This document shows positions 29,934 to 40,481 of a stretch of 48,880 nt of DNA, piece by piece (positions within the stretch are counted from its first letter, which is position 1; each line of letters begins with the position of its first letter). The notes under the pieces are model-generated. The model was not told the origin of the DNA, ran no database searches, and was given only the letters and a program-made list of their open reading frames with translations. The DNA is from an uncultured Campylobacterales bacterium (GTDB lineage: Bacteria; Campylobacterota; Campylobacteria; Campylobacterales; Sulfurovaceae): positions 1 through 48,880 of the forward strand of contig CAZVPN010000001.1 in the NCBI GenBank assembly GCA_964628135.1. The letters run 5' to 3'. Position numbers and translations under genes: made by a program.

Positions 29934-32510
29934 ATGAGTATAATGGAAAAACTGACAAACCAAATGCAAGGAGCGATAGAGTCTGGACTTTCTCTTGCTC
30001 TGCATAATAAAAATCCCGAAGTAGCACCGATACATATTTTGTGGGGATTGATGACCAATAGCAACTCAATCCTAAATCAAGCACTTAACAAGATGAATGC
30101 AGACAAAGCTGCGATAGAGCTTGAGATCAAGAGTGCTGCCAATAAACTTCCAACCGCTTCTACTGTAAACAAAGAGAATATCAAACTCTCACAAGCAGTT
30201 GCAAGAAGTCTACAAAATGCCGAAGGGGTGATGGCTGCAAATGGCGATCAATACTTGGCAGTTGATACTTGGCTACTTGCGAATGCAGATGAGGGCTTTA
30301 TGAGAGAGACTCTTGGCAAATATATAGATATGAGCGAATTCAAAAAGACACTTGAGGCGATAAGAGGAGGTAAGAGTATAGACAGTCAAAGTGCCGATGA
30401 GACACTTGAGGCACTATCTCAATATGGAATAGATCTCAATCAAAAGGCGATTGACGGTGAGCTTGATCCTGTAATCGGACGCGATGAAGAGATCCAGAGG
30501 ATGATGCAGATCCTTATCAGAAAAACCAAAAACAACCCGATCCTCATAGGTGAGCCAGGAACCGGTAAAACCGCTATCGTAGAGGGATTGGCTCAAAGAA
30601 TAGTCAATAAAGAGGTGCCGTTGAGTCTTCAAAATATGAGAGTGGTTGCACTTGATATGACCAGATTGATAGCCGGAGCTAAGTATCGTGGAGAGTTTGA
30701 GGATAGACTCAAAGCCGTAGTAGACGAAGTTAAAGAGGCGGCAAATGTGATACTCTTTATCGATGAGATACATACTATCGTGGGTGCAGGTGCCAGTGAG
30801 GGCAGTATGGATGCAGCCAATATCCTAAAACCTGCACTAGCTAGAGGTGAACTACACACAATAGGTGCAACTACACTCAAAGAGTATCGCAAGTATTTCG
30901 AAAAAGATACTGCACTTCAGAGACGCTTTCAGCCCGTCAAAGTGGATGAGCCTACTATTAATGAAGCCTTGCAGATACTTAGGGGTATCAAAGACAAGCT
31001 TGAGGCTCACCACAATGTCACTATCACTGATGGTGCACTGGTAGCGGCTGCTAAGTTGAGTGATAGATATATTACCGATAGATTTTTGCCTGACAAGGCG
31101 ATAGATTTGATAGATGAAGCAGCAGCTGAGCTCAAGATGCAGATAGAGAGTGAGCCGACTGAACTTGCCAAAGTCAAAAGAGAGATATCTACTCTAATGG
31201 TAGAGAGAGAAGCTCTTAAGATGGAGGAGGGTGATAAAAACAAATCCCGTCTTGAGGAGATAGAAAAAGAGCTGGCAGACCTAGAAGAGCGAAAAATGTC
31301 TCTACAGAGTCAGTTTGACAATGAAAAAGATGTATTCAACGCCATAGCAGAGGTTAAGAGCCAAATAGAGTCTTTGCGAACTCAAACCGAGATACTCAAA
31401 CGAGATGGTGATTTTGCCAAAGCTGCAGAGGTAGAGTATGGTCAAATCCCTGAGTTGCAAAATAGGCTGAGTGAACTAGAGAGCAAATGGCACAATATGA
31501 TGGCTGAGGGCACATTGCTCAAAAACTCAGTGGATGAGGAGATGATAGCTAGTATTATAAGTCGTTGGACAGGCATACCGGTAACCAAGATGCTTCAAAG
31601 CGAAAAAGATAAAATCCTTCATATAGAAGATGTGCTCAGAGAAGAGGTAGTAGGGCAGGATGAGGCTCTCAAGGCTGTTGCTAGAGCTATCAAACGCAAC
31701 AAAGCAGGTCTAAGTGATATCAATAGACCAATCGGCAGCTTTATGTTCCTTGGACCTACCGGAGTAGGTAAAACACAAGTTGCCAAGACGCTTGCTAAGT
31801 TTTTGTTTGATAGCGAAAAGGCACTCATCAGAATAGATATGAGTGAGTATATGGAGAAACACGCAGCGAGCAGACTAGTGGGTGCACCTCCAGGATATGT
31901 CGGATATGAGGAGGGCGGGCAACTCACTGAAGCAGTCAGACGCAAGCCATACTCAGTGGTGCTGTTTGATGAGATAGAGAAGGCTCATCCGGATGTATTC
32001 AATACTCTGTTGCAGGTGCTTGATGATGGTAGATTGACCGACAACAAAGGTGTAACGGTTGATTTCAAAAATACCATTATCATTATGACATCCAATATAG
32101 CATCTGACAAGATTATGGAGTTTAACGACCCTGAAGATAGACGCAAAGCTGTCAATGATCAGCTCAAGCTTGCATTTAAGCCGGAGTTTCTAAACAGGCT
32201 TGATGACATAGTGATATTTAATCCTCTTGATAAGGATGCTATCACCAAGATCGTGGATATTCTATTTAGAAGTATCCAAAACAAACTTGCCGAGCGTGAT
32301 ATCACAGTCACACTCACCCCTGCAGCCAAGAGCTATATCGCTGAAGCAGGATTCGATCCGGTATATGGTGCAAGACCTCTAAAAAGAGCACTCTATGAAG
32401 TAGTAGAGGATAGACTAGCCGAGCTAATACTAGAGGGCAAAGTAGAGGAGGGCTCATCAGTGACTTTTGATGTAGTAAACGGCGAAATAGAGACAAGGAT
32501 AGGAGCATAA
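29934..32510 (+). CDS. clpB: ATP-dependent chaperone ClpB
   Basis: 858 aa with two AAA+ modules ([16 protein letters not shown]) and a long middle coiled coil. AGGAG RBS 7 nt upstream. Confidence 0.98.
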   Translation: MSIMEKLTNQMQGAIESGLSLALHNKNPEVAPIHILWGLMTNSNSILNQALNKMNADKAAIELEIKSAANKLPTASTVNKENIKLSQAVARSLQNAEGVMAANGDQYLAVDTWLLANADEGFMRETLGKYIDMSEFKKTLEAIRGGKSIDSQSADETLEALSQYGIDLNQKAIDGELDPVIGRDEEIQRMMQILIRKTKNNPILIGEPGTGKTAIVEGLAQRIVNKEVPLSLQNMRVVALDMTRLIAGAKYRGEFEDRLKAVVDEVKEAANVILFIDEIHTIVGAGASEGSMDAANILKPALARGELHTIGATTLKEYRKYFEKDTALQRRFQPVKVDEPTINEALQILRGIKDKLEAHHNVTITDGALVAAAKLSDRYITDRFLPDKAIDLIDEAAAELKMQIESEPTELAKVKREISTLMVEREALKMEEGDKNKSRLEEIEKELADLEERKMSLQSQFDNEKDVFNAIAEVKSQIESLRTQTEILKRDGDFAKAAEVEYGQIPELQNRLSELESKWHNMMAEGTLLKNSVDEEMIASIISRWTGIPVTKMLQSEKDKILHIEDVLREEVVGQDEALKAVARAIKRNKAGLSDINRPIGSFMFLGPTGVGKTQVAKTLAKFLFDSEKALIRIDMSEYMEKHAASRLVGAPPGYVGYEEGGQLTEAVRRKPYSVVLFDEIEKAHPDVFNTLLQVLDDGRLTDNKGVTVDFKNTIIIMTSNIASDKIMEFNDPEDRRKAVNDQLKLAFKPEFLNRLDDIVIFNPLDKDAITKIVDILFRSIQNKLAERDITVTLTPAAKSYIAEAGFDPVYGARPLKRALYEVVEDRLAELILEGKVEEGSSVTFDVVNGEIETRIGA

Positions 32511-32745
32511 TTCCTATCCATATCGAAGTGCAAAGTGAAAATATTACAGGCTATATTATGGCTGAACAGATGAAGTCGATCGATTACAATTCAAGAAAAA
32601 TAAAATTTATAGAAAAAGCAAATCAACAGGTAATAGGTCAAACATTAGGTATAATTGATAGTATTATGCAGTAAATTTAGACTACAAAATCAAGCTATTT
32701 ACACCAATATGCTAAAATACTCCCAAAAATATTTAAGGCAAATAT

Positions 32746-33543
32746 ATGACAATTATAGACAGCTTGATACTTGGCATTGTGGAGGGGGTGACTGAGTTTT
32801 TGCCGGTCTCCTCTACTGCACACATGATCATCACATCCAACTTACTCAAACTACAACAGAGTGAGCAAAATATCGCCTTTGAAGTCATTATCCAGCTTGG
32901 TGCTACGCTTGCTATTATGTTGATATATCTAAACAAAATCAAGCTAAGTGAAATAGAGCTGTGGAAGAGGGTGTTTGCTGCTTTTATTCCTTTTGCTGTT
33001 ATTGCATTTTTGCTCAGACATCGGGTCAAAGAGCTCTTTACTGTGACTACCTCTGCTTGGATGTTTATCATAGGCGGTTTGATATTTTTTGTCGTGGAGT
33101 ATTATTATGCCAAAAAACCCAAAGCAACACTTGTAGATAACGTAGAGAAGATTAGCTACAAACAGGCAGTCTCAATAGGGCTATTTCAGCTATTTGCTTT
33201 GATCCCCGGCACCAGTAGAAGCGGTGCTACAATTGTAGGTGGAATGATCGGCAATTTTACGCGAAAAACTGCGGCAGATTTTAGCTTTTTACTCGCCATT
33301 CCTACTATGTTTGCGGCAAGTGGCTATGAGATGCTCAAAAATATAGACGCCTTTGCAGACCAAAGCGGCGTGGTGCTTGGTGTCGGTTTTGTGGTTAGCT
33401 TTATCGTGGCATATATTTCTGTTAAACTCTTTTTGATATTTGTGCAGCACTATACGCTCAAAGCCTTTGGTGTCTACAGGATAGTATTTGGTTTGATACT
33501 TTTTTATCTCATAACAAACGGAGTGATCACCGCAAATGGGTAA
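32746..33543 (+). CDS. uppP: Undecaprenyl-diphosphate phosphatase
   Basis: [12 protein letters not shown] and [10 protein letters not shown] motifs in a polytopic protein. Confidence 0.95.
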   Translation: MTIIDSLILGIVEGVTEFLPVSSTAHMIITSNLLKLQQSEQNIAFEVIIQLGATLAIMLIYLNKIKLSEIELWKRVFAAFIPFAVIAFLLRHRVKELFTVTTSAWMFIIGGLIFFVVEYYYAKKPKATLVDNVEKISYKQAVSIGLFQLFALIPGTSRSGATIVGGMIGNFTRKTAADFSFLLAIPTMFAASGYEMLKNIDAFADQSGVVLGVGFVVSFIVAYISVKLFLIFVQHYTLKAFGVYRIVFGLILFYLITNGVITANG

Positions 33544-34219
33544 CTTTTTTTCGAATGCTCTAAAGGATCTTTTTAGCGGCAAGATATTTATGTTGGCTAT
33601 GGTGCCCATCATTATCGCTGCACTTTTGTGGGGTGTTATATTTTGGTTGGCTGGAGGCTGGATTGGGGGGTTGATAGACTCTTTGATCTCTCATATCCCA
33701 TATATAGGCAGTTGGCACTGGTTTCAAAATAGCATATCCAAAATAGGCGGACTCTTTTTATATGGCGAACTGCTCATCATCACATCAGTAATGCTTGCCG
33801 GTATTGTGGCTGATAAGTTGGTAGAATTGATCAATAACAAGCACTATCACAACAAAATGTTGGGTTTTGGCACCCTTGCAGGCAGTATTGCAGTTTCACT
33901 TAAACAAAACATTATCTATATACTGCTTGTAATGTTTTTGTTTCCTACTTTTTTTATCCCGATAGCAGGATATCTCATCCATATCATTTTGTGGTATATA
34001 CTCATCAAAAAGCCTCTAATGTATGATTCTGCGGCACTTTATGCTACCAAAGATGAGTATGAGAAGCTGTTGCACTTGGATCATATCAAGACTATGCTCT
34101 TGACGCTTTTGTCTGCAGCTATGTTTTTGTTGCCGGTGATTGGCTCATTTATCTATATATTTCAGTTGTTGGTATTTGCCCATTACAATCTAAGCAGATT
34201 GGCAAAAATAAGAAAGTAG
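33536..34219 (+). CDS. Hypothetical integral membrane protein
   Basis: 227 aa with about 5-6 transmembrane segments. The start overlaps the uppP stop by 8 nt. No family motif that I can name with confidence. Confidence 0.6.
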   Translation: MGNFFSNALKDLFSGKIFMLAMVPIIIAALLWGVIFWLAGGWIGGLIDSLISHIPYIGSWHWFQNSISKIGGLFLYGELLIITSVMLAGIVADKLVELINNKHYHNKMLGFGTLAGSIAVSLKQNIIYILLVMFLFPTFFIPIAGYLIHIILWYILIKKPLMYDSAALYATKDEYEKLLHLDHIKTMLLTLLSAAMFLLPVIGSFIYIFQLLVFAHYNLSRLAKIRK

Positions 34220-34237
34220 GGCATAGGAAGAATATTT

Positions 34238-34259
34238 GATGCCACAAAAAAGTGGCATC
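34238..34259. terminator. Perfect hairpin between convergent genes (possible bidirectional terminator)
   Basis: GATGCCAC-AAAAAA-GTGGCATC forms an 8-bp stem with a 6-nt loop. It lies 19 nt after the stop at 34219 and 12 nt before the minus-strand stop at 34271. There is no strong U-tract on either side. Confidence 0.45.
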
Positions 34260-34270
34260 AATAAATAAAT

Positions 34271-35155
34271 TTAGCTCTCTATTGATAGCTGAAATTTAGT
34301 AGCATCAGTTACATTGTATTTCAATCCGATCTCTTCCGGTGTGCATCCAAGAGCCAATGCCATAAGTTGAGGAAGGTGCAATACAGGCAGCTCGATATCT
34401 CTACCTAACTGCTTGCCGGCACTATCTTGCTTGAGATCAAGGTTTAACTGACATAGTGGACAAGGGGTGACCATCATATCGGCATCATTATCGATCGCAT
34501 CTATCAATGCTCCACCCGATAGGGCATTGCTAGTTTTTGGTGCTTGCAGATCAACATGGAATCCACAACACTTGTTTTTGCTCTCATAATCTACACTATT
34601 GCCCTCAAGAGCAGCTATCAGATCATCGAGTGATGTCGGAGCGTATGGATTGTCATGCTGATGCAGCTCTGACGGTCTGATATTGTGACATCCATAAAAT
34701 GGAGCTATGTTAAAGTTGCTAAGAGGCACTTTGACCTTCTCTCTAACCTTGTCAAGCCCATAATCATCTATCAAAGCATATAAGAAGTGCTCTACATCTA
34801 CCGTGCCTTTATACTCCAAGCCAACATCAGCAAGTCTTTTGTTGACCTCTGCTTTGACTTTTGGATCGGTATCCAACTTATGCTTGGTGGTCATCAAGTT
34901 TAGCTGACAGGTATTACAGATCGTGATCATCTTAAGACCGCGTTTTTCTGCATAGCATATGTTTCTGGCATTTAGCACATATGATAGCATCTCATCAAAA
35001 TCTTGCAAATGGCTAGCTCCACAGCAGCTTGCTTCATCAAGCATAACTATCTCAATATCAAGTTTCTTTGCGACTGCCAAAGTAGAGGAGAGAAGCTCTG
35101 GCGTTGACTCTTTTGCCGTACATCCTGTATATAGTGCATATGTAAGTTTGCTCAT
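34271..35155 (-). CDS. Succinate dehydrogenase/fumarate reductase third subunit with two CCG (HdrB-like) cysteine-rich domains
   Basis: 294 aa with no transmembrane helices. Two CCG-type motifs: ...SCCGASH...CNTCQLNL and ...KCCGFHV...CPLCQLNL. It lies directly downstream of sdhA/sdhB. Confidence 0.85.
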   Translation of the reverse strand: MSKLTYALYTGCTAKESTPELLSSTLAVAKKLDIEIVMLDEASCCGASHLQDFDEMLSYVLNARNICYAEKRGLKMITICNTCQLNLMTTKHKLDTDPKVKAEVNKRLADVGLEYKGTVDVEHFLYALIDDYGLDKVREKVKVPLSNFNIAPFYGCHNIRPSELHQHDNPYAPTSLDDLIAALEGNSVDYESKNKCCGFHVDLQAPKTSNALSGGALIDAIDNDADMMVTPCPLCQLNLDLKQDSAGKQLGRDIELPVLHLPQLMALALGCTPEEIGLKYNVTDATKFQLSIES

Positions 35156-35164
35156 TATCTCTCC

Positions 35165-36214
35165 TTAAAGCTTGTTTGTTTGTGATGTTTTTATTAGTTT
35201 TCTGATCTCGTCCAGATTTTTGGATCGTGGCATCTTCTTTTTCATTACATCAAATGGATGAACTTTGCCTTTTTTGATCATCTTTAGAGCCTCACTCATA
35301 TGTTTGACTACCCCAAGACCCTCAGAATACATTACGATATCTTGTTCATCAAGGAAGCCGTACTTCTTGATAGATCTTGTAAAGCCCTCGGCATGCTTGG
35401 TTGCTACATTTCTCTTGGCAACTCCCTGCTCAAACTGCATATTGTGAAGCTTTGTAATTTTCTCAAAAGGATCAAGATCTTTTGGGCATGCCTCCACACA
35501 CTCATTACACTTGACACAATCCCATACTCCGCTACCCAATTCAGCTGTGGTCTCAAGTCTCTCTTGAGATGATTTATCTCTTGGGTCAATACTAAATCTA
35601 TAGGCTGCTACAAATGCGGCAGGTCCAAGATAATCTTCGTTGACCTCAAGTACCGGACAGGCATAGTGGCATCCGCCACATTGAATACAGTAGTCAGAAT
35701 CCAAAAACAGTTCATTGCGTTCCGGTGAGATTCTAGTCTCTTCGGTAGGGTGTTCCGGTATATCTGCATCAACGTATGGTTTGACATCTGCATGTTTTTG
35801 CCAAAAATCACCTTTGTCTATAATCATATCCTTGATAGCTCTTTTTTGGCTTTGTGGCTCTATGACCAACTCATCTCCAAAGAGTTTAACAAGTTCTTGA
35901 GCATTTTGTTTACACGCTAAAGTGGCTTTGCCGTTGACCTTGATGCCGCAAGCTCCACAAATACCGTGACGGCATGAGCGGCGATAAGAGAATGATCCGT
36001 CATGCTCCCACTTGATACGGTTTAGCAAGTCAAGCATCAATTCATCTTTGGTTACGGTCATCTCATAAGTTTTGTAGTGAGGCAGGTAGTCTGTCTCGGC
36101 ATTAAATCTAAAAGTTTTGAGTTTTACTTTTATCGGATGCTCAAAATCTGGAGAGTGCTCCTCTTTGTTGAGCTTAAAGACCTCTTCTTTTACCTCTTCT
36201 AATGTATGTTTCAT
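35165..36214 (-). CDS. sdhB: Succinate dehydrogenase/fumarate reductase iron-sulfur subunit (extended)
   Basis: 2Fe-2S motif CRHGICGACG. Ferredoxin-type motifs CIQCGGCHYACP and CVKCNECVEACP. At 349 aa it is roughly 100 aa longer than classical SdhB/FrdB. Confidence 0.92.
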   Translation of the reverse strand: MKHTLEEVKEEVFKLNKEEHSPDFEHPIKVKLKTFRFNAETDYLPHYKTYEMTVTKDELMLDLLNRIKWEHDGSFSYRRSCRHGICGACGIKVNGKATLACKQNAQELVKLFGDELVIEPQSQKRAIKDMIIDKGDFWQKHADVKPYVDADIPEHPTEETRISPERNELFLDSDYCIQCGGCHYACPVLEVNEDYLGPAAFVAAYRFSIDPRDKSSQERLETTAELGSGVWDCVKCNECVEACPKDLDPFEKITKLHNMQFEQGVAKRNVATKHAEGFTRSIKKYGFLDEQDIVMYSEGLGVVKHMSEALKMIKKGKVHPFDVMKKKMPRSKNLDEIRKLIKTSQTNKL

Positions 36215-36223
36215 ATTGGCTCC

Positions 36224-37945
36224 TTAATATACTCTCTCTTGAGGTTCAAATTTCCCGAGAACAACATCTCCATACTCATTTCTTACTTTGCCGTCTTCAG
36301 TGAGATAGCCATATGTGTGTTTGAGGAAATTTTTATCATCTCTTTTTGGATAATCATCACGATAATGTGCCCCTCGGCTCTCTTTTCTGTCGATTGCACC
36401 CTGAACAATAAATAGTGAATAATCCAGCATATGACCAAGCTCGATCGCCTCTTGGAGATCAGTATTGTATGTAGAAGATTTATCGTCTATTCGGATATTT
36501 TTGTATCTCTCTCTAAGTTCATACAGCTTCTCAAGCTCTTTCTGCAAAGACTCTTCGGTTCTAAAGACACCGGCATCTGCACTCATGCTGTTTTGTAGCT
36601 CATCACGAAGCTTGGCAACTCTCTCGTTGCCATTATTGCTCTTGATCCAGTTGTATTCGTCCACCATGGTTTTTGCATCCTCTTGAGTAGCTTTTTGCAT
36701 CTCAAGATTATCCAAATCTTCGATGATAGTTTTGCCGGCAGTCTTACCAAAGAATAGTGCCTCTAGTAGAGAGTTGGCTCCAAGTCTGTTGGCACCATGT
36801 ACAGATACACAGCTACACTCTCCGGCAGCATAAAAACCATCTACTAGCTCATCCGGTGATTTTTTGACCTGACAGTTTTTGGTAACTGGGATACCACCCA
36901 TGGAGTAGTGGGCTGTTGCAGATATCATGATAGGCTCTTTTAGCATATCAAGACCTTGGAATGTGATAGCAAGCTCTCTTAGCTCAGGAAGCTTTTTGAG
37001 TATAATCTCATCATCAAGGTGTGTCAAATCCATAAATACCGCATCATCATTTGGACCTACGCCGCGACCCTCTCTAACCTCTTGCATAATAGCACGACTG
37101 ACTACATCACGACTTGCAAGCTCCTTTACATTTGGAGCATACTTCTCCATAAACCTCTCACCTTTGCTATTGAAGAGCCAAGCACCTTCGCCTCTAGCCG
37201 CTTCTGATATCAAAATGCCCGATCCTCCAAGACCGCTTGGATGAAATTGGACAAACTCCATATCTTCAAGAGGTAAACCTTTTCTTGCTACTATTGAGAG
37301 AGCATCACCGGTATTGGCGTGAGCATTTGAGTTGACTTTGTAGGCTCTACCATATCCTCCGGTAGCAAACATTGTGGCTTTGGCGTTAAATATCGCCGGC
37401 TCAGAGTTTCTAAGATTGAAAGCTGCTACACCTTTGACTTTGCCGTCTTCATACAAAATATCTGCAGCATACCACTCATCAAATACTTCGACACCTGCAC
37501 GAAATGCCTGTTCGTATATTGTTTGAAGAAGAGTTAAACCTGTTCTGTCGGCGGCAAAGCATGCTCTTGGTTTGGATTGACCGCCAAATGGACGTATAGC
37601 TATGGTTCCATCCTCTTTTCTGGAAAAAACGGCACCCATATGTTCCATAGATCTCACCACTTCCGGCGCTCCTTCACACATCATTTTGATAGCATCCTGA
37701 TCACCAAGGTAGTCGCTTCCCTTGACCGTATCAAACTCATGCAGTTCTGTGCTGTCATCCTTGCCAAGAGCCGCATTTATGCCCCCTTGTGCTGCACCTG
37801 AGTGGCTTCTTAATGGATGCAGCTTGGTAATTACAGCAGTTTTTTTGCCCGCCTCAGTCAGCTCTTTGGCAGCAGAAAGTCCGGCAAGTCCTGCCCCTAC
37901 TATTACTACATCATATTCATAGATCTTGACATCTTTGATATCCAT
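36224..37945 (-). CDS. sdhA: Succinate dehydrogenase/fumarate reductase flavoprotein subunit
   Basis: Dinucleotide fold [14 protein letters not shown] begins at residue 12, so there is no Tat or other signal peptide. Covalent-FAD His region [11 protein letters not shown] and the HPSG, RGEG motifs are present. Confidence 0.95.
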   Translation of the reverse strand: MDIKDVKIYEYDVVIVGAGLAGLSAAKELTEAGKKTAVITKLHPLRSHSGAAQGGINAALGKDDSTELHEFDTVKGSDYLGDQDAIKMMCEGAPEVVRSMEHMGAVFSRKEDGTIAIRPFGGQSKPRACFAADRTGLTLLQTIYEQAFRAGVEVFDEWYAADILYEDGKVKGVAAFNLRNSEPAIFNAKATMFATGGYGRAYKVNSNAHANTGDALSIVARKGLPLEDMEFVQFHPSGLGGSGILISEAARGEGAWLFNSKGERFMEKYAPNVKELASRDVVSRAIMQEVREGRGVGPNDDAVFMDLTHLDDEIILKKLPELRELAITFQGLDMLKEPIMISATAHYSMGGIPVTKNCQVKKSPDELVDGFYAAGECSCVSVHGANRLGANSLLEALFFGKTAGKTIIEDLDNLEMQKATQEDAKTMVDEYNWIKSNNGNERVAKLRDELQNSMSADAGVFRTEESLQKELEKLYELRERYKNIRIDDKSSTYNTDLQEAIELGHMLDYSLFIVQGAIDRKESRGAHYRDDYPKRDDKNFLKHTYGYLTEDGKVRNEYGDVVLGKFEPQERVY

Positions 37946-38039
37946 GAGTAAAATCCTTTTTAATAATAATGTAAAATGATTATATCCAATAGAGTTATAA
38001 GTTTTATGAATAAAACAAAAAAAGTAGAAAATTATAACA

Positions 38040-38885
38040 ATGTGTTACAATTCTACAATGAGAGCAACAGACAAAGAGAATTATTTTATAAATAGGATAT
38101 CGAATAGTTATATAGGCGATGATGCCGCAGTAGTAGGAGAGTATATATATAGTAGTGATGCCTTTTGCGAAGGTAGCCATTTTCTAAGAGAGTGGATGAC
38201 CCCATACCAAATAGGTCGCAAAGCTATGTTGGTCAATATCTCAGATGCAGTTGCCATGAACGCCAAACCGTTGTATTGCCTGATCTCAGTCTCCATTCCA
38301 AGAGATATGGAGCAAAATGATATCGATCAGTTAGTTGATGGGCTCAAAGATACTTCAATGGAGTTTGACTGCAAGATAGTAGGTGGAGATACAGTAGGCA
38401 GCGACAGACTCAATATCTCAATAACTGTAATATCAAAAAGTAGCAATCCCTTATATAGAAAAGGGCTGAAAGAGGGTGATCTACTTGCCTACACAGGAGA
38501 GCTCGGGGAGAGCAAAAGAGATTTGGAGTTGTTGCAATCAGGCTTGAAGATATCTATGGATTCTAAATTTTACGAGCCAAGACTTAGAGTAGATTTTATC
38601 ACACGGACAAGAGAGTATCTAAATGCGGGAATGGATATATCAGATGGACTTTTTTGTGATACAAACAAGCTTCTTGATATCAATGGATATGGATTAGAAA
38701 TATTAAAGAATATAGATGATTATATGGGCTTTAGCGGTGAAGAATATGAAATGTTAATATCTTTTAATAAAAATAATAAAAATAGAGTAGAGGAGATAGC
38801 AGAAGAGATGAATATAAAGTTAAATATTTTTGCCAAAGTGAGCAAAAACAGTTTTAGGTTCAACTGCCTTAGCCACCATTTTTAA
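38040..38885 (+). CDS. thiL: Thiamine-monophosphate kinase
   Basis: [25 protein letters not shown] and DISDGL motifs. An alternative start is ATG 38058. Confidence 0.88.
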   Translation: MCYNSTMRATDKENYFINRISNSYIGDDAAVVGEYIYSSDAFCEGSHFLREWMTPYQIGRKAMLVNISDAVAMNAKPLYCLISVSIPRDMEQNDIDQLVDGLKDTSMEFDCKIVGGDTVGSDRLNISITVISKSSNPLYRKGLKEGDLLAYTGELGESKRDLELLQSGLKISMDSKFYEPRLRVDFITRTREYLNAGMDISDGLFCDTNKLLDINGYGLEILKNIDDYMGFSGEEYEMLISFNKNNKNRVEEIAEEMNIKLNIFAKVSKNSFRFNCLSHHF

Positions 38886-39622
38886 CTGCTCTCATACCTC
38901 TTGTCCCTGATCTCTATCTGATGACTCCAATCATCTACTCTCATATCAAAAAGCTCGGTCTCTTTTATAAGACTGCTTAGCTTTTTGTAACCAAAACTAA
39001 CAGGAGAGAATGATGAGTTGTTACTAATGTATATACCCACATCCGACAAAGCCGCCCAACCATCGTCATCCATAGTTTGTTCTACGGCATTGCGAAGCAA
39101 ATTGACAAGCCAGGTATCTTGTCTAAGCTCTTTTTTGCTTTTTCTTCTGCTCTTTTTGGATCTGGAACCTACATCATCATCGCTTTTCATTAGAGGTTCT
39201 GTAAAGATAAACTCGGAACAGGCTGCCATAAATGGTTTTGGAGTCTTTTTTTCGCCAAAGCCAAACACTTTAATCCCTTCAGCAGCAACCCGCATCGCAA
39301 CAGGCGTAAAATCACTGTCACTTGTTGCAAAAGCAAATGCATCTAATTTTTTAGTATGCAACAGATCAATAGCATCAATTGTCATCAATATATCGGTTGC
39401 ATTCTTGCTTTTTGTATAGTCAAACTGCTGAATAGGGCGTATGGCAAACTCCAGAAGTTTTGGCTCCCAATTTTTTAGCTCCTCCTTGCTCCAGTTGCCA
39501 TAAGCCTGGCGTATACTTACCGTACCGTATTTGCTAAGTTCATTTATAATTCCCTCTATAGCATTGTGACTGATATTGTCACTGTCAATAAAAAGCGCAA
39601 TATGACCCTGTTTTTCAAGCAT
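38882..39622 (-). CDS. NYN (LabA/DUF88-like) ribonuclease-fold domain protein with C-terminal OST-HTH/LOTUS domain
   Basis: NYN core (IALFIDSDN, ATDILMTIDAID, FATSDSDFTPV). Basic linker (SRSKKSRRKSKKE). C-terminal winged-helix-like region (LVNLLRNAVE...DGWAALSDVGIYI...FGYKKLSSLI). AAGGAAA RBS 7 nt before ATG 39622. The longer ORF start at 39676 lacks an RBS. Confidence 0.8.
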   Translation of the reverse strand: MLEKQGHIALFIDSDNISHNAIEGIINELSKYGTVSIRQAYGNWSKEELKNWEPKLLEFAIRPIQQFDYTKSKNATDILMTIDAIDLLHTKKLDAFAFATSDSDFTPVAMRVAAEGIKVFGFGEKKTPKPFMAACSEFIFTEPLMKSDDDVGSRSKKSRRKSKKELRQDTWLVNLLRNAVEQTMDDDGWAALSDVGIYISNNSSFSPVSFGYKKLSSLIKETELFDMRVDDWSHQIEIRDKRYESS

Positions 39623-39761
39623 AATATATTTCCTTGGAGTTTTTTTGAAGTATCTTATGGTAATTATTATAGCCAAAATTTATTTTTTTGTCCCCCTATT
39701 CAATAGTTTTTCAATAAAAAGTAATACAATATAAAATAATCAAAATTTGAAGGATGGAGTA

Positions 39762-40478
39762 ATGACGACATTTTTGTATATTGTTATTGTGGTTTTGGTT
39801 CTTTTTGTGATCGGGGATATCCTGATGAATGTACTGGATGGAAATAAAAAAAGATACAAGGATGAGACGCCTGTCGATCCGATAACGCAAGATGACGGAA
39901 GCTGCATTGATGAAGATATAGCTGCAGCAGAGGCAAACAATAATGAAGAGCATGAAACAGACGGATCATCAGAGAGTGATGAGGAGACAGAAAGTGCTTC
40001 TGTCCAGGAGGATGCATCACTCGGCAAAGATAGCAAAGAAGAGGCTGATGGTGATATATCGGAGGGTTTAGCCGGCGAAAAAACAGATGACAATAAAGAG
40101 GAGAAAAGCGCTGTCTCAAGTGTGAGTGATGCTGTTGCCAACGAAGCAGGAGCAGAGGAAAGCAGTAGCACCACAGCTGTAGAACCCGAAGGGCTTCTAA
40201 GCAGTCCAAAGGGAGGAAAGGCTGATAACCTGACTCGTATAAAAGGTATAGGTGTCAAGATTGAGGAAAAACTGAACAAGATCGGGGTTTGGCACTTTTC
40301 TCAAATAGCGGCATGGACAGAGGAGAATCTTGAGTGGGCTGATAATGCTCTTTCTTTTAGAGGCAGGGCCAAAAGGGATGATTGGATAGGGCAGGCAAAG
40401 ATGCTTGCAGACGGCAAGGAGACGGAATTTTCCAAAAGAGTTGATAAGGGCGAAGTCTCCTCAAGCCACAAATCTTGA
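39762..40478 (+). CDS. Membrane-anchored protein with acidic low-complexity linker and C-terminal helix-hairpin-helix domain (like the NuoE C-terminal extension)
   Basis: N-terminal transmembrane helix FLYIVIVVLVLFVIG, ~130 aa rich in D/E/S, then GGKADNLTRIKGIGVKIEEKLNKIGVWHFSQIAAWTEENLEWADNALSFRGRAKRDDWIGQAKMLA. AGGATGGAG RBS before ATG 39762. Confidence 0.65.
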   Translation: MTTFLYIVIVVLVLFVIGDILMNVLDGNKKRYKDETPVDPITQDDGSCIDEDIAAAEANNNEEHETDGSSESDEETESASVQEDASLGKDSKEEADGDISEGLAGEKTDDNKEEKSAVSSVSDAVANEAGAEESSSTTAVEPEGLLSSPKGGKADNLTRIKGIGVKIEEKLNKIGVWHFSQIAAWTEENLEWADNALSFRGRAKRDDWIGQAKMLADGKETEFSKRVDKGEVSSSHKS

Positions 40479-40481
40479 CCA

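Noticed and set aside
32558-32674. 38-codon ATG ORF (MAEQMKSIDYNSRKIKFIEKANQQVIGQTLGIIDSIMQ) between clpB and uppP
   Set aside because: It has no recognisable RBS or promoter, it is short, and no family is recognised. I cannot support it as a gene from sequence alone. It might be worth checking in Ribo-seq data.
39740-40279. 179-aa minus-strand ORF (and 39784..40209)
   Set aside because: It is antisense to the acidic linker of the HhH protein. Reading GAx/GAG-rich DNA in reverse gives Ser/Leu-rich frames. It has no RBS.
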